A stretch of DNA of 64,000 nt from a bacterium (GTDB taxonomy: Bacteria; UBA8248; JACPRG01; G963555815): the NCBI GenBank assembly GCA_963555815.3, contig CAUVWX020000002.1, positions 224,001-288,000 on the forward strand. Reading direction: 5' to 3'. Both the position numbers and the translations under genes were made by a program. Within the stretch, counting starts at the first letter, position 1, and the number at the start of each line of letters is the position of its first letter. Under the pieces are notes generated by a model. That model did not search any database, was not told the origin of the DNA, and was given only the letters and a program-made list of their open reading frames with translations. Below are positions 11,460 through 20,938 of this stretch, piece after piece.

Positions 11460-12209
11460 TCAAAAACGATGCTTTCGAAGCAGGATGGCCCAGAGATACC
11501 AACGAAAGTAGCTGCGGGCCACACGGAATATTCGAAAGCTGGATGTTCCAAGTGTCCGACCTCGCCAGACGGTCGGAACCTCTGTGATGCGGTAGCCCTT
11601 CAAAAAGGCCTTGACGCAGATCTCCAGGGATGAAGCGAAGCCCGCCTCCTCCAAGGGGGTTCCGGTCAGGACTTGGGTTCGGTACATTTTAAATGCGTTG
11701 CTCACGTCGTGCGTGGGAATTCCCGTAAGACGCTTGAGAGAGCCACAGACGAAGCGCGAAAATACCCCTTGAAGCCACGGCCCCCCCAGGCGCTCGCCTC
11801 CCGGCATGTATCGAGAGGCACAAACGACATCATAACCCTGCTCGATTTTCTCATACATCTTCTCAATTGTGCGAGGGTCATCGGCCGCGTCTGCCATCAG
11901 CACCACGGTGACCGGCGTGTGCACCTCCTCGAATCCCGACCGCAGGGCGTTGGTGATCCCGCGGGGCCGCTGGCTTGAGACAAGCCGCAGGTGGGGATAC
12001 CGGGCCGACATCTGACGGACAACCTGGGCGGTCCCGTCATCAGAGCTGTCGTCCACGACGATCACCGCATGGGGAAGGCCCAGGGCCCCCTCCAGGGATT
12101 CCAGGGTCTCTCCAATCGTCTCCTCCTCGTTGAGCGCCGGGATGACGACGGTGAGCTTGGGATCTTCAGGCACCATACCCCCCTTCACAAAAGGCAGTCG
12201 CCCCTTCAC
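11460..12209 (-). CDS. Glycosyltransferase family 2 (polyprenol-phosphate glycosyltransferase-like)
   Basis: VVIPALNEEETI, VVDDSSDDGT, MADAADDP, SRYMPGG, ITEVP motifs. Confidence 0.9.
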   Translation of the reverse strand: MKGRLPFVKGGMVPEDPKLTVVIPALNEEETIGETLESLEGALGLPHAVIVVDDSSDDGTAQVVRQMSARYPHLRLVSSQRPRGITNALRSGFEEVHTPVTVVLMADAADDPRTIEKMYEKIEQGYDVVCASRYMPGGERLGGPWLQGVFSRFVCGSLKRLTGIPTHDVSNAFKMYRTQVLTGTPLEEAGFASSLEICVKAFLKGYRITEVPTVWRGRTLGTSSFRIFRVARSYFRWYLWAILLRKHRF

Positions 12210-12277
12210 CCCGCCGGTCTGAGGGGTGGGGACAGGGAAATTTTAATTCATTGTTTGGGAAAGAGAAGAAAATTGAG

Positions 12278-12307
12278 AAAAAAGCCCCTCTTCAAAAGAA
12301 GAGAGGC
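12278..12307 (-). terminator. Intrinsic terminator
   Basis: Minus strand GCCTCTCTTC-TTTT-GAAGAGGGGC followed by TTTTTT. Confidence 0.8.
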
Positions 12308-12500
12308 AGCGCAGGCGAGCCCACAGTGTTCCCTTCCGAAGGGCAACGCGCCCTTCCTTCGGCAGCCATTGGCAGAGCCGGGGCAAAAAGCCCTCGGTGT
12401 CCTGGGTAGGTGCCGTTTGCGCTGGCCGCCGTCCGATTCCCTTCAGCCTATCTTCCTGTGTTATGTGCCTGCCAACGAAAGACTCGCCTGCGCCTCTCCC
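12278..12500 (-). ncRNA. Unclassified structured RNA (riboswitch-like leader or stand-alone sRNA)
   Basis: 18-bp closing stem (12481-12498 with 12301-12321), nested 7-bp stem (12469-12475 with 12369-12375), hairpin 12378-12397, terminator at the 3' end; G-U pairs form only on the minus strand. Confidence 0.6.
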
Positions 12501-12558
12501 ACAAAATCACCGATTGGACCAAAAGGGGGCAAACCCAACATCTTGTACCCTACTATGC

Positions 12559-12587
12559 AGTAAAAGGCTAAATATTGGGCTTGTCAA
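12559..12587 (-). promoter_or_regulatory. Putative sigma70 promoter driving the structured RNA
   Basis: TTGACA (12587-12582), 17 bp, TTTACT (weak -10). Confidence 0.4.
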
Positions 12588-12647
12588 GAGAAATATGGGG
12601 TGTGATCTGTCAGAAGACGCCAGAGGCGACGGGAGGGAATTTTTTCC

Positions 12648-12712
12648 TTGACAGGCCAGTTAGGCCACGATATGTTCTGCGCCAGTTACATAGTTTTGTA
12701 AGCTAAACATAA
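12648..12712 (+). promoter_or_regulatory. sigma70 promoter and possible autoregulatory operator of the DtxR gene
   Basis: TTGACA (12648-12653), 17 bp, TATGTT (12671-12676); imperfect palindrome GTTTTGTAAGCTAAAC just downstream. Confidence 0.55.
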
Positions 12713-12733
12713 GTTCCTTTTGGGTTCTCCCCT

Positions 12734-13294
12734 ATGCTGACGTTTCAAATCAAAAAAGAGTTCTCTTTCACACCGAGTGAGCAGCACTACCTGCGGGCGA
12801 TATACGAGCTCCAGGAGGAACAGGGGTACGCCCGGGTCACGGATGTCGCTCGCAAGCTCAACATCGGCAAAGGGGCCGTCTCTTTGGCCCTGAAAGGGTT
12901 GGTCGAGCGCGATCTGATTCGCCACCCCCACTACCAGGTCATCGAGCTCTTGCCCCAGGGGGAAATGGCGGCCAAGCAGGTGATGAGCCGGTTTGCTGTC
13001 CTCAAACATTTCCTTGAACGGGTCCTGGGCATCAAAAAGAACATGGCTTACGTCGACGCCTGTCTGATGGAGCATTTCATCAGTGGCGAGACGGTGGATC
13101 GCCTGATTGACCTCATTCGTTTCTTTGAGTTGGAAGACGACCTGGTCCGAGAGGCCGTGCAGCGGTTTCAGGCCTACCGGCGAACCTGCGAGAGCACAGA
13201 GAATTGTCCGATCTGTGAGTTCAGCTGCGAGGTGGCCCTTCCCGAACTGGAGAATTCAGCTGCGGACCAGGGGACAGGCCACACGGTGAGGTGA
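12734..13294 (+). CDS. DtxR/MntR-family metal-dependent transcriptional regulator with Cys-rich tail
   Basis: SEQHYLRAIYEL...ARVTDVARKL wHTH; DACLMEHFIS metal-site motif; C-terminal C-x5-C-x2-C-x3-C. Confidence 0.9.
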   Translation: MLTFQIKKEFSFTPSEQHYLRAIYELQEEQGYARVTDVARKLNIGKGAVSLALKGLVERDLIRHPHYQVIELLPQGEMAAKQVMSRFAVLKHFLERVLGIKKNMAYVDACLMEHFISGETVDRLIDLIRFFELEDDLVREAVQRFQAYRRTCESTENCPICEFSCEVALPELENSAADQGTGHTVR

Positions 13295-13474
13295 TATCAA
13301 GGCTAAAAGTTTCCAAAGGGAGCCTTTGGCCTGTTTCCAATTCCTGACCATTTTTCAGCCCTATCGAGGCCGCAAGGAAGCCCGCCAAGGAAGGAAAAAA
13401 ATCTCTTTCCTGGCTTTTTCATGAGTGAGAGGCAGACATCCGTCAAGCCTCCACCTCATTGAGGAGAGAAAGAA

Positions 13475-14509
13475 TTGAGGAGAAAAAGACTGATGGCACT
13501 GCTTAGATCTCGTGCGAGCGTTTTTCTTGTGATCGCCTGCCTTATTCTCGTCCCGCTTTTCCTTCTTATTGGGTCTTCCTCCTCAGGGGCCCAAGAGCTT
13601 GTGGTCTATTCGGGGCGAAAGGAGATCGCCATTAAACCGGTGATCGAGGCCTTTGAGAAGAAGACCGGCATCCGGGTGGCCCTGAAGATCGGAAAAACGG
13701 GGGGCTTCATTAATCAACTCATACAGGAGCGCCGCAACCCCCAGGCCGACGTCTTCATCTCGACGACGGCGGGGGCTGTCATATCGATCCTGGACCGGGG
13801 TCTCTTCTACCCCTACGTTTCCCCCGCCGCCGGCTCCCTCCCGGATGCCTACAAGAGCCCTGATGGCTTTTGGACGGGGATCTCCGGACGAGCGCGAATC
13901 CTGATGTATAACACCCAGCTTATCAAGCCTGAAGAAGTGCCAAGGTCTGTCTTCGATCTAACGGATCCAAAATACCGAGGTCTTGTGGCCATCGCCAGCA
14001 CTCGCGAGCGGACCACCCTGGGCTGGCTCAGCGCCCTGGTGGACTTCTTGGGCGAGGCAGAAGCCAAGGCCTATGTCGAGAAGCTTCGTGCTAACGGTCT
14101 TCACATCCTTCCGGATAACACAGACGTCCGCCGGGGCGTTGGAAATGGGGAGTTCGCACTCGGCCTGACGAATTCCCCCAATTTCTATCTCACCCAGAGA
14201 GAGGGGTCTCCCGTCGGGGTCATTTTCCCGGATCAGGGTCCCGGTCAGATGGGGGCCCTCATCAATCCCAACACAGTTTCCATCGTGAGAGGGGCAGGAA
14301 ATCTCGACGAAGCCAAGCAGTTTGTGGATTTCATCCTTTCCCCCGAGGTGGCTGCAACCCTTGTTCAAAATGCCTTCGAGATCCCCCTTCACCCCGATGT
14401 GACCCCCGGGGTTGTCCAAGGTCTCGGGGACTTTAGTCCAGCCGCGGTGAACCAAAGCCGACTGGGATCTCTCGCTGAGCGCACCCTAGAGATTTTCCCC
14501 GACTTCTGA
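13475..14509 (+). CDS. ABC transporter substrate-binding protein, FbpA/AfuA-like
   Basis: Signal peptide; LVVYSGR, FEKKTGI, NPQADVF, WTGISGRARILMYN, VIFPDQ. Confidence 0.88.
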   Translation: MRRKRLMALLRSRASVFLVIACLILVPLFLLIGSSSSGAQELVVYSGRKEIAIKPVIEAFEKKTGIRVALKIGKTGGFINQLIQERRNPQADVFISTTAGAVISILDRGLFYPYVSPAAGSLPDAYKSPDGFWTGISGRARILMYNTQLIKPEEVPRSVFDLTDPKYRGLVAIASTRERTTLGWLSALVDFLGEAEAKAYVEKLRANGLHILPDNTDVRRGVGNGEFALGLTNSPNFYLTQREGSPVGVIFPDQGPGQMGALINPNTVSIVRGAGNLDEAKQFVDFILSPEVAATLVQNAFEIPLHPDVTPGVVQGLGDFSPAAVNQSRLGSLAERTLEIFPDF

Positions 14510-14516
14510 GATATCG

Positions 14517-16127
14517 ATGACGCTGGAGACAATCACCAGGAGGCCCTCGCGAGTTCCGACCCGTCGTTATCTCGGCGCCGTCAAGTGGTCTATCCCCGTT
14601 GCGGTCCTCCTCGTATTCTTTCTGAGCCCCCTCGCCAATCTCCTCGTGGAGGCCGTTGGCATTAAGTCTCCTGCCCTGGCCGCCCTCTTTCGATCGACCT
14701 TGCCCTGGCTCATCCTTCGGACGCTCCTGCTGGCCCTGGCGACCACCCTGGCGGCTGTCTCCTTGGGGCTTCCTCTGGCTTGGTTTACCGTCAGGACCGA
14801 TGTCCCGGGGCGAAGGCTTTGGAGGTGGCTCGGCGCTCTTCCCCTGGCCATCCCCCCCTATATTGGGGCCCTTGCCTTTCTCAACCTCCTGGGTCCGGGG
14901 GGGGGTGTCAATGTCCTCTATCGAGAGGCGACGGGTGCCCCGGGCCTCATCGTCAACCTCTACAGCTTCGGGGGGACGGTCTTTGTCCTATCCCTTTTCA
15001 CCTATCCCCTTGTCTTCCTCTTCACCGCCTCGGCCCTGGAGAGGAGCCATTCCGCCTTCGAGGAGGTGGCCCGAAGCCTCGGTCACCGCTCGGGAGAGGT
15101 CTTCTGGCGGATCACCTTCCCCCTGCTTCGTCCGTCCCTCCTGGCCGGAGGCTTGCTCGTCTTCCTTTATGTCTTGGCGGACTTTGGCGCAGTCTCCGTC
15201 CTGCGTCAGCAGACTTTCACGACAGAGATTTTTCATCTCCTGAATACGCGCTTTGATCAGGCGGCAGTCGCGGCCCTCTCCATCATCCTGACGGTCATCA
15301 CTGTTTCTGTCCTCCTGGCGCAACGTTGGCTCCTCGGGCGGAGAAGCTATGTCCAGATTGAGGGCCGGGCCCGCCCGGCTCGCCCCAATCGCCTCGGACC
15401 TTGGAGGCCCATTGCCGCCCTTTATCCAGCGACCCTGATGGCCGTCTCCCTGGGTCTCCCCCTCCTGCTCCTCCTTTTACAGATTGAATCTTGGCCGGGT
15501 GCCGCGGCGACCGTCCTGGACCAGGCTGGTTTTCTCTGGGCAAGTGTCTGGACGGCCGCCGTCGCGGCCACGGTGGGAGTCGGCATCGGCCTCTTTGCAG
15601 GCTATCTAGCCCTTCGCAGGGCCCGCCAGGGTGGGGCCGCCCTCTTCTGGGGCCTTCAGCTCTGCTACGCCATCCCCGGGACGGTCCTGGGACTCAGCCT
15701 TATCCTCCTCTATAACTCTTGGCTGCCCTGGGTCTACGGGACGGCCGTCATGGTGGTGATTGGCTACACGATTCGTTTCATCCCTCAGGCCGTCCAGGGC
15801 ATCACGGGGGCCCTTCGACAAACCCACCATCAACTGGAGGAGGCGGCCAGGGGGCTTGGGCTTGGGGCCCTGGAGACTGTCCGGCGGGTCGTCATCCCCC
15901 TCATCCGCCCCGGTCTTCTGGCCACCTGGGTCCTCGTCTTCATCTCCTCCATGAAGGAGTTGGCGGCCACCCTCCTGTTGCGCCCTGCCGGCTTTGATAC
16001 GTTGCCCGTGCGCATTTGGATTCACACCATTGAGGCCGATTACTCCAAGGCGTCCACCCTGGCCCTGGTCCTTGTCGCGGTCTCCGCCCTTCCTCTCCTT
16101 TTGGTGGAATGGAGGAGGATCACCTGA
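14517..16127 (+). CDS. ABC transporter permease, FbpB-like (two EAA repeats)
   Basis: Multiple TM helices; FEEVARSLG and LEEAARGLG loops. Confidence 0.9.
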   Translation: MTLETITRRPSRVPTRRYLGAVKWSIPVAVLLVFFLSPLANLLVEAVGIKSPALAALFRSTLPWLILRTLLLALATTLAAVSLGLPLAWFTVRTDVPGRRLWRWLGALPLAIPPYIGALAFLNLLGPGGGVNVLYREATGAPGLIVNLYSFGGTVFVLSLFTYPLVFLFTASALERSHSAFEEVARSLGHRSGEVFWRITFPLLRPSLLAGGLLVFLYVLADFGAVSVLRQQTFTTEIFHLLNTRFDQAAVAALSIILTVITVSVLLAQRWLLGRRSYVQIEGRARPARPNRLGPWRPIAALYPATLMAVSLGLPLLLLLLQIESWPGAAATVLDQAGFLWASVWTAAVAATVGVGIGLFAGYLALRRARQGGAALFWGLQLCYAIPGTVLGLSLILLYNSWLPWVYGTAVMVVIGYTIRFIPQAVQGITGALRQTHHQLEEAARGLGLGALETVRRVVIPLIRPGLLATWVLVFISSMKELAATLLLRPAGFDTLPVRIWIHTIEADYSKASTLALVLVAVSALPLLLVEWRRIT

Positions 16128-16168
16128 TGGACCTCGCCGCGCCGCTCGGCCTGAAGGACGTGTGACCC

Positions 16169-17278
16169 TTGTCAACGCCCACCATCAAGGTTGAAGACCT
16201 TTCGATGCGCTATGGGGTGCGCGAGCCCTGGGCCGTCTCCGACGTCTCTCTTTTTTTGGAGGAGGGAGAGATCCTGACCCTCCTTGGCCCAAGCGGGTGC
16301 GGCAAGACGACCGTGCTCCGCCTCATCGCAGGCTTTGAGGTTCCCGAACGGGGCCGAGTCACCATCGATGGGCATTTGGTGGCGGGGGCGGGGGCCTGGT
16401 ATCCCCCCGAGCAGAGGGGCGTGGGGATGGTCTTTCAGAACTACGCCCTCTTCCCCCACCTGACAGTGGCAGAGAACGTGGGCTTTGGCCTGCACCTCTG
16501 GCCCCTTCCCCTTCGAAGCGCCCGGATCGGTGAAGTCCTGCGCTTGGTGGACCTGCTGGCCCTTCGGGATCGCTATCCCCACGAGCTCTCTGGCGGGCAG
16601 CAGCAGCGTATCGCCCTCGCCCGGGCCCTGGCCCCAGGTCCCCTGGTTATCCTCCTCGACGAGCCCTTCAGCAATCTGGACGCCGACATGCGGGTTCAGG
16701 TCCGCCAGGAGGTCCGAGACATCCTGCGGCGCTCCAAGATGACGGCCCTTTTTGTGACCCACGAGCAGCAGGAGGCCTTTGAGATCTCAGACCGGATGGC
16801 CGTCATGAATAAGGGTCGAATCGAGCAGTTGGACACGCCAGAGAACATCTTCCACAGCCCCGGCACCCCCTTTGTGGCTCGGTTTCTCGGCCAGACCGAC
16901 CTCGTGCCCGGCGTCGTCCGCGGAGATCGCGTGGAAACAGAGCTTGGCAGCTTCCCCTATTTCACCGACGGCGGGGGCCTCCCCGATGGGATGCGTGTTG
17001 AGGCGGTCATCCGGCCGGCCGATGTAGACGTCATCCCCTCCCTGCAGGGAACGGCCACGGTGAGGGGACGCCGCTTTCGGGGCTCAGACAATCTCTACAC
17101 GCTGATCCTCGCCTCTGGAACGAGAGTCCATAGCGCCGCGCCTTGGGATTTTGTCCTCCCTCTTGGGAGCAAGGTTTCGGTCTCGATGGAGCCCCTTCGG
17201 GTGGTCGTGTTTCCGGTGGGCGAGGGGGGGGGGGTGAGAAATAAGGTGCTAGCAAGGAGAGATGGTGCGCCATCCTAA
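16169..17278 (+). CDS. ABC transporter ATP-binding protein, FbpC/PotA-like
   Basis: [29 protein letters not shown]-like C-terminus. Confidence 0.92.
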   Translation: MSTPTIKVEDLSMRYGVREPWAVSDVSLFLEEGEILTLLGPSGCGKTTVLRLIAGFEVPERGRVTIDGHLVAGAGAWYPPEQRGVGMVFQNYALFPHLTVAENVGFGLHLWPLPLRSARIGEVLRLVDLLALRDRYPHELSGGQQQRIALARALAPGPLVILLDEPFSNLDADMRVQVRQEVRDILRRSKMTALFVTHEQQEAFEISDRMAVMNKGRIEQLDTPENIFHSPGTPFVARFLGQTDLVPGVVRGDRVETELGSFPYFTDGGGLPDGMRVEAVIRPADVDVIPSLQGTATVRGRRFRGSDNLYTLILASGTRVHSAAPWDFVLPLGSKVSVSMEPLRVVVFPVGEGGGVRNKVLARRDGAPS

Positions 17279-17300
17279 ATTTTTGGAAGGAGGAAATATC

Positions 17301-17477
17301 ATGACCCTGAACTTACGAGAATTCCGGACAGTCCTGCACGGGATGGTCTTCGGGGCCATCTACCTCATCGCCTTCGCCGGAGGTTTTGCGGGTCTTTGGA
17401 GCCTTCGAAAAGAGTTCATCACGGTGGAAGAATCTCGGTTTTCACACTCGTCCTCCTCATATTGGGCGGGCCCCTGA
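17301..17477 (+). pseudogene. Short or truncated membrane-protein ORF
   Basis: Strong RBS (AAGGAGG) then one TM segment, MTLNLREFRTVLHGMVFGAIYLIAFAGGFAGLWSLR, ending abruptly. Confidence 0.45.
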
Positions 17478-17523
17478 TGTTCCCTCCGATTTTTGAGGCT
17501 TTTTAAGGGCACTAGATAGGCGG

Positions 17524-17540
17524 CGGAATGGATCTTGCGG
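17524..17540 (+). promoter_or_regulatory. Putative sigma54 (-24/-12) promoter upstream of the porin
   Basis: CGGAATGGATCTTGCGG: GG (17525-6) and GC (17537-8) separated by exactly 10 nt, with TTGC. Confidence 0.45.
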
Positions 17541-17660
17541 AGGTACAGCCCCCTGGGGGTGTTTCAAGAGACAGGCACAGGAACAATCTATTTAAAATAT
17601 AGCTGAATCCGATCAGTGAGCACCCCTGAAAACGTGCAAACCAAAAAGGAGGGTTGTGTC

Positions 17661-18995
17661 GTGCGACTAAAACGTCACTTGTTAATGGGCCTGGCCATCT
17701 GGCTCACCTTGATCTTTGCCGTCGGTGCTTCAAATTCCTTTGCCCAGGAGGCGGACCTTCTGGACATCTTGAAGCGGCGGGGGGTCATCACCGAGGAGGA
17801 ATTCCAGGAGCTCAAGGGACGACAGGCGGAGAGAGCGGCCCAAAAGAACTTTGAGGTCGGCTTTGATCGGGGCTTTTTCCTGCGTTCCCCGGACAAGCGA
17901 CATGAGCTCAAGTTCGATGCCCAGATCTTTGAGCATCTCACCGTCCTTCCCGAAGACACAAAGGAGAGCACCACATTCCGACTCCGGCGGGGCCGGGTGA
18001 CCCTCAGTGGTCATCTCTTCAAAGATATCACCTTCAAGTTGGAATTCGACGGGACCTCAGACCCCGTGGTCGATACGTCCGCTTACATCGGCTATGAGCG
18101 GTTCAAGCCGTTCAAGGTCCGCTTCGGCCAGAGGAAAGACCCGTTTGGCGGGGAGAAGACTTATAGCCGGTACAAGCAGTTCTTTATCGAACGCTCCATG
18201 ATTTCAGACAACCTGACGCCCTCCACGCAGCGCGGGGTCTGGCTCTTGGGCGACCTGTTCAACAAAAAACTCTCTTATGATGTGGGCATCACCAACGGGG
18301 CCGGCCGGGCCCAGGACAATAACGACGACAAGGACTACACCGCCCGCCTCGTGTGGCGACCCTTCCGGGATACCGGCATGCAGGACATTTTGCCGTTGGA
18401 GATCGGGGGGAACTTCAACATCGGGCACCAGCCTTTTAGCTCCAACGGGGCGCGGACCCGCCTCTTTATGAGGGACAATCGGAAAGTCATCTTCAATGCG
18501 AGCACCGAGGGGCTTCGCGTCCGAGGTGGCGGGGACGTTTTTTATAACAAAGATTACAAGCACGGGCGCGTGTCCCTCCTCGGGGAGTTCATCTGGCAGC
18601 AGAACGAGCGCGAGGGACCTGTGCTGACCGGGACGGGGACCCTCCCCAAGAACCCGGACTCCGTCATCCGCTACGGCTGGCACCTGACGGGAGGGGCCAT
18701 GCTCCTTGGGAGCCGCAAGAAGAATGGCCTTGAGTTTGTGGCCAGGGTGGAGCAGATCGACGCGGACGACTCGGGGAACAACGGCGGGGCCGACGAGCTG
18801 GTGGGTCAGCAGTTGACGACCTACGGTCTGGGCCTCAACTTCTGGCCTTACTCGCAGCTCCGTTTTTCGGCCAACGGTTTCATCTTTGACTTCGACCGGG
18901 CGACAGATCTGACGTCTGCGGACCCCTTTGATCAGGAGGGGACGACCTACGGCGTCATTTTCGCCGCCATGCTGAAGTTCAAAGGGGCTAACTAG
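17661..18995 (+). CDS. Outer-membrane porin, OprO/OprP-like
   Basis: RBS AAGGAGG; signal peptide; LLDILKRRGVITEEEF N-domain; FRLRRGRV, FGQRKDPFG, FIERS motifs; beta-strand pattern. Confidence 0.8.
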   Translation: MRLKRHLLMGLAIWLTLIFAVGASNSFAQEADLLDILKRRGVITEEEFQELKGRQAERAAQKNFEVGFDRGFFLRSPDKRHELKFDAQIFEHLTVLPEDTKESTTFRLRRGRVTLSGHLFKDITFKLEFDGTSDPVVDTSAYIGYERFKPFKVRFGQRKDPFGGEKTYSRYKQFFIERSMISDNLTPSTQRGVWLLGDLFNKKLSYDVGITNGAGRAQDNNDDKDYTARLVWRPFRDTGMQDILPLEIGGNFNIGHQPFSSNGARTRLFMRDNRKVIFNASTEGLRVRGGGDVFYNKDYKHGRVSLLGEFIWQQNEREGPVLTGTGTLPKNPDSVIRYGWHLTGGAMLLGSRKKNGLEFVARVEQIDADDSGNNGGADELVGQQLTTYGLGLNFWPYSQLRFSANGFIFDFDRATDLTSADPFDQEGTTYGVIFAAMLKFKGAN

Positions 18996-19127
18996 AGAGA
19001 CACGGATTTCCCAGAGGAAGCTAACGTTGGGTAGACTCCGAGCGGTGGATTAGGTATGGAAATGTCGGTTAAGCAATAAAAGCAAGGGCAAATGGCGGAT
19101 AGCGGACCAGGAGGAGGCAAGGTGACC

Positions 19128-19934
19128 ATGCAGCGCACACCTCTCTGGCGTTGGCGGCTGGATCATCTGTTGACGATTCTCAGGGTGGTGCTCGGTGTCA
19201 TCTTTATTATCGGGGGAATCAAAATTGCCTTTCCTGCTGATCCGGAGGTGTTCGCGGCAGGTTATGTAGACCCCGCCACGGGCTGGATTGCGCCGGTGTT
19301 TGCAGAGAGGATCACGGAAACGCTGGGTATCAGCGTCAGCTTGTTTCTGAAGATCCAGGGAGTCATAGAGATCGTCGTCGGTGGGCTGATGGTGATTGGG
19401 CTTTTTGCGCCCTTCACCCCCATCGTCATGGGCCTCATGTTTTGGGCGTTTATCATCGCCAACCCGGTGGTGGGGCCAGTTCGCTTGAACAGGGACATGG
19501 CGCTGATGGGGTTCTCTTTCGCCACGGCCCTCGCGGGGGGTGGAATTTTAAGTTTGGACGCAAAATACCGCGGACTCCAATCCAAATTCTCTGAGCGTAG
19601 GGACATCATTCTGATTATGATTCGACTGGGTTTGGCTTATGCTTTAGTCACGTCTTCTCTATTTTTCGGTGGCCCCCTGAACACCTCACTGAATACGACC
19701 ATCCCTCTTTTTCTAGTTTTTGTCATGGGGCTCTTGCTCGCCGTCGGTGTTATCCCCCGATGGGTAGCGGCGGCCGTCTTTATCTGGCTTCTCTTGCCTT
19801 TCGGCCAGAGCATCGCCGCGAAAGGGGTCTTCTGGGGACTGGAAGGGGTGAAGAGAGAGTTGGGATTGATGGCCGCTTCCTTTGTCTATTTGATGGCCGG
19901 CCCAGACCGATGGGTTTGGCCCAGGCGACGATAA
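19128..19934 (+). CDS. DoxX-family membrane protein (internally duplicated)
   Basis: LRVVLGVIFIIGGIK, EIVVGGLMVIG, RDMALMG; second repeat IRLGLA...KRELGLM. Confidence 0.7.
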   Translation: MQRTPLWRWRLDHLLTILRVVLGVIFIIGGIKIAFPADPEVFAAGYVDPATGWIAPVFAERITETLGISVSLFLKIQGVIEIVVGGLMVIGLFAPFTPIVMGLMFWAFIIANPVVGPVRLNRDMALMGFSFATALAGGGILSLDAKYRGLQSKFSERRDIILIMIRLGLAYALVTSSLFFGGPLNTSLNTTIPLFLVFVMGLLLAVGVIPRWVAAAVFIWLLLPFGQSIAAKGVFWGLEGVKRELGLMAASFVYLMAGPDRWVWPRRR

Positions 19935-20005
19935 TTTCGAGTCCGGCGTCCCCGTCACATCCTTTTGGGCTTCTATCTCGTCTCCTTTCCTAACAGGAGG
20001 AAGCG

Positions 20006-20938
20006 TTGTCCGTTGTCCTGGTTCACGCAGGGGCGGGAAACCAGGAGGTCCCCTCTCATGGAGAACTTTTAGTTCGGGCAGCCCTGGCTGGCTCAAAGGT
20101 GATGGCCGAGGGGCCCGAGGCCGCCGTGGTGGCCGCCGTCGAGGTGTTGGAGGACGCCCCGGAGACCAATGCGGGGACCGGCGCTTTCCTCAATCTTCGG
20201 GGGGAAGTGGAGATGGACGCGGCCCTCATGATCCCCGGGGATTTTGGGGCCGTGGCGGGCGTGAGGGGGATACGCCATCCGATTCGCCTGGCCTGGGATG
20301 TCCTCAGGGAGTCAGGCCATAAGCTCCTGGTGGGGGAGGGGGCAACGGAGTTCGCCCGAGCCCTCGGCTTTGAGCGTTATGACCCCAAAACCCATCGCCG
20401 CAGGACGGACTGGGAGCAGGCCATCCTTCGTATGAAGGAGGGCGAGAGCCCAGGCGGGGAATTCTCGACCGCAATGCGGCAGAAGATCATGGATCACTAC
20501 GGCCCGGGCGATACGGTCGGGGCCCTCGCACTCTCCGATGGCGGTCTTCTTGCGGCAGGGACCTCAACGGGCGGAATTTTTATGAAGCTTCCGGGCCGCG
20601 CGGGTGATTCCCCGCTTCCTGGGGCGGGGTTCTGGTGCACGGAAGAGGTGGCCATCATCTGCACGGGATACGGAGAGGCTTTCATGCGGACCCTTTGCGC
20701 CCGCCGCGCGGAAGAAATCTACCGGGGGGGAAGCGACCTCCTTGCCGCACTGGAAGAAGCCCTTCAGGAGCTTTGGCAAAAGACTGGGGGTCAGGGGGGG
20801 ATTATGGCCCTCAGTCGCTCCGGGCAAAAAGCCGCCGTTTATAACTCCGTCACCCTGCCTGTCACGGCTGTGGTGGGTCCCAGGGTCGACAAGGAATTTC
20901 TGCCAAAGCCCCTTGCCAGCCAACTGGATTGCCCTTAG
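20006..20938 (+). CDS. Isoaspartyl peptidase / plant-type L-asparaginase (Ntn hydrolase)
   Basis: HAGAG, LEDAPETNAG, EMDAA, autocleavage site DTVGA, TSTGG, GRAGDSP. Confidence 0.92.
   Translation: MSVVLVHAGAGNQEVPSHGELLVRAALAGSKVMAEGPEAAVVAAVEVLEDAPETNAGTGAFLNLRGEVEMDAALMIPGDFGAVAGVRGIRHPIRLAWDVLRESGHKLLVGEGATEFARALGFERYDPKTHRRRTDWEQAILRMKEGESPGGEFSTAMRQKIMDHYGPGDTVGALALSDGGLLAAGTSTGGIFMKLPGRAGDSPLPGAGFWCTEEVAIICTGYGEAFMRTLCARRAEEIYRGGSDLLAALEEALQELWQKTGGQGGIMALSRSGQKAAVYNSVTLPVTAVVGPRVDKEFLPKPLASQLDCP

Noticed and set aside
12300..12500. 6S RNA, retron msr-msd or cobalamin riboswitch
   Set aside because: Junction is asymmetric and multibranched rather than a 6S rod, no RT gene is adjacent, and no B12-box is recognisable; kept as unclassified pending an Rfam search.
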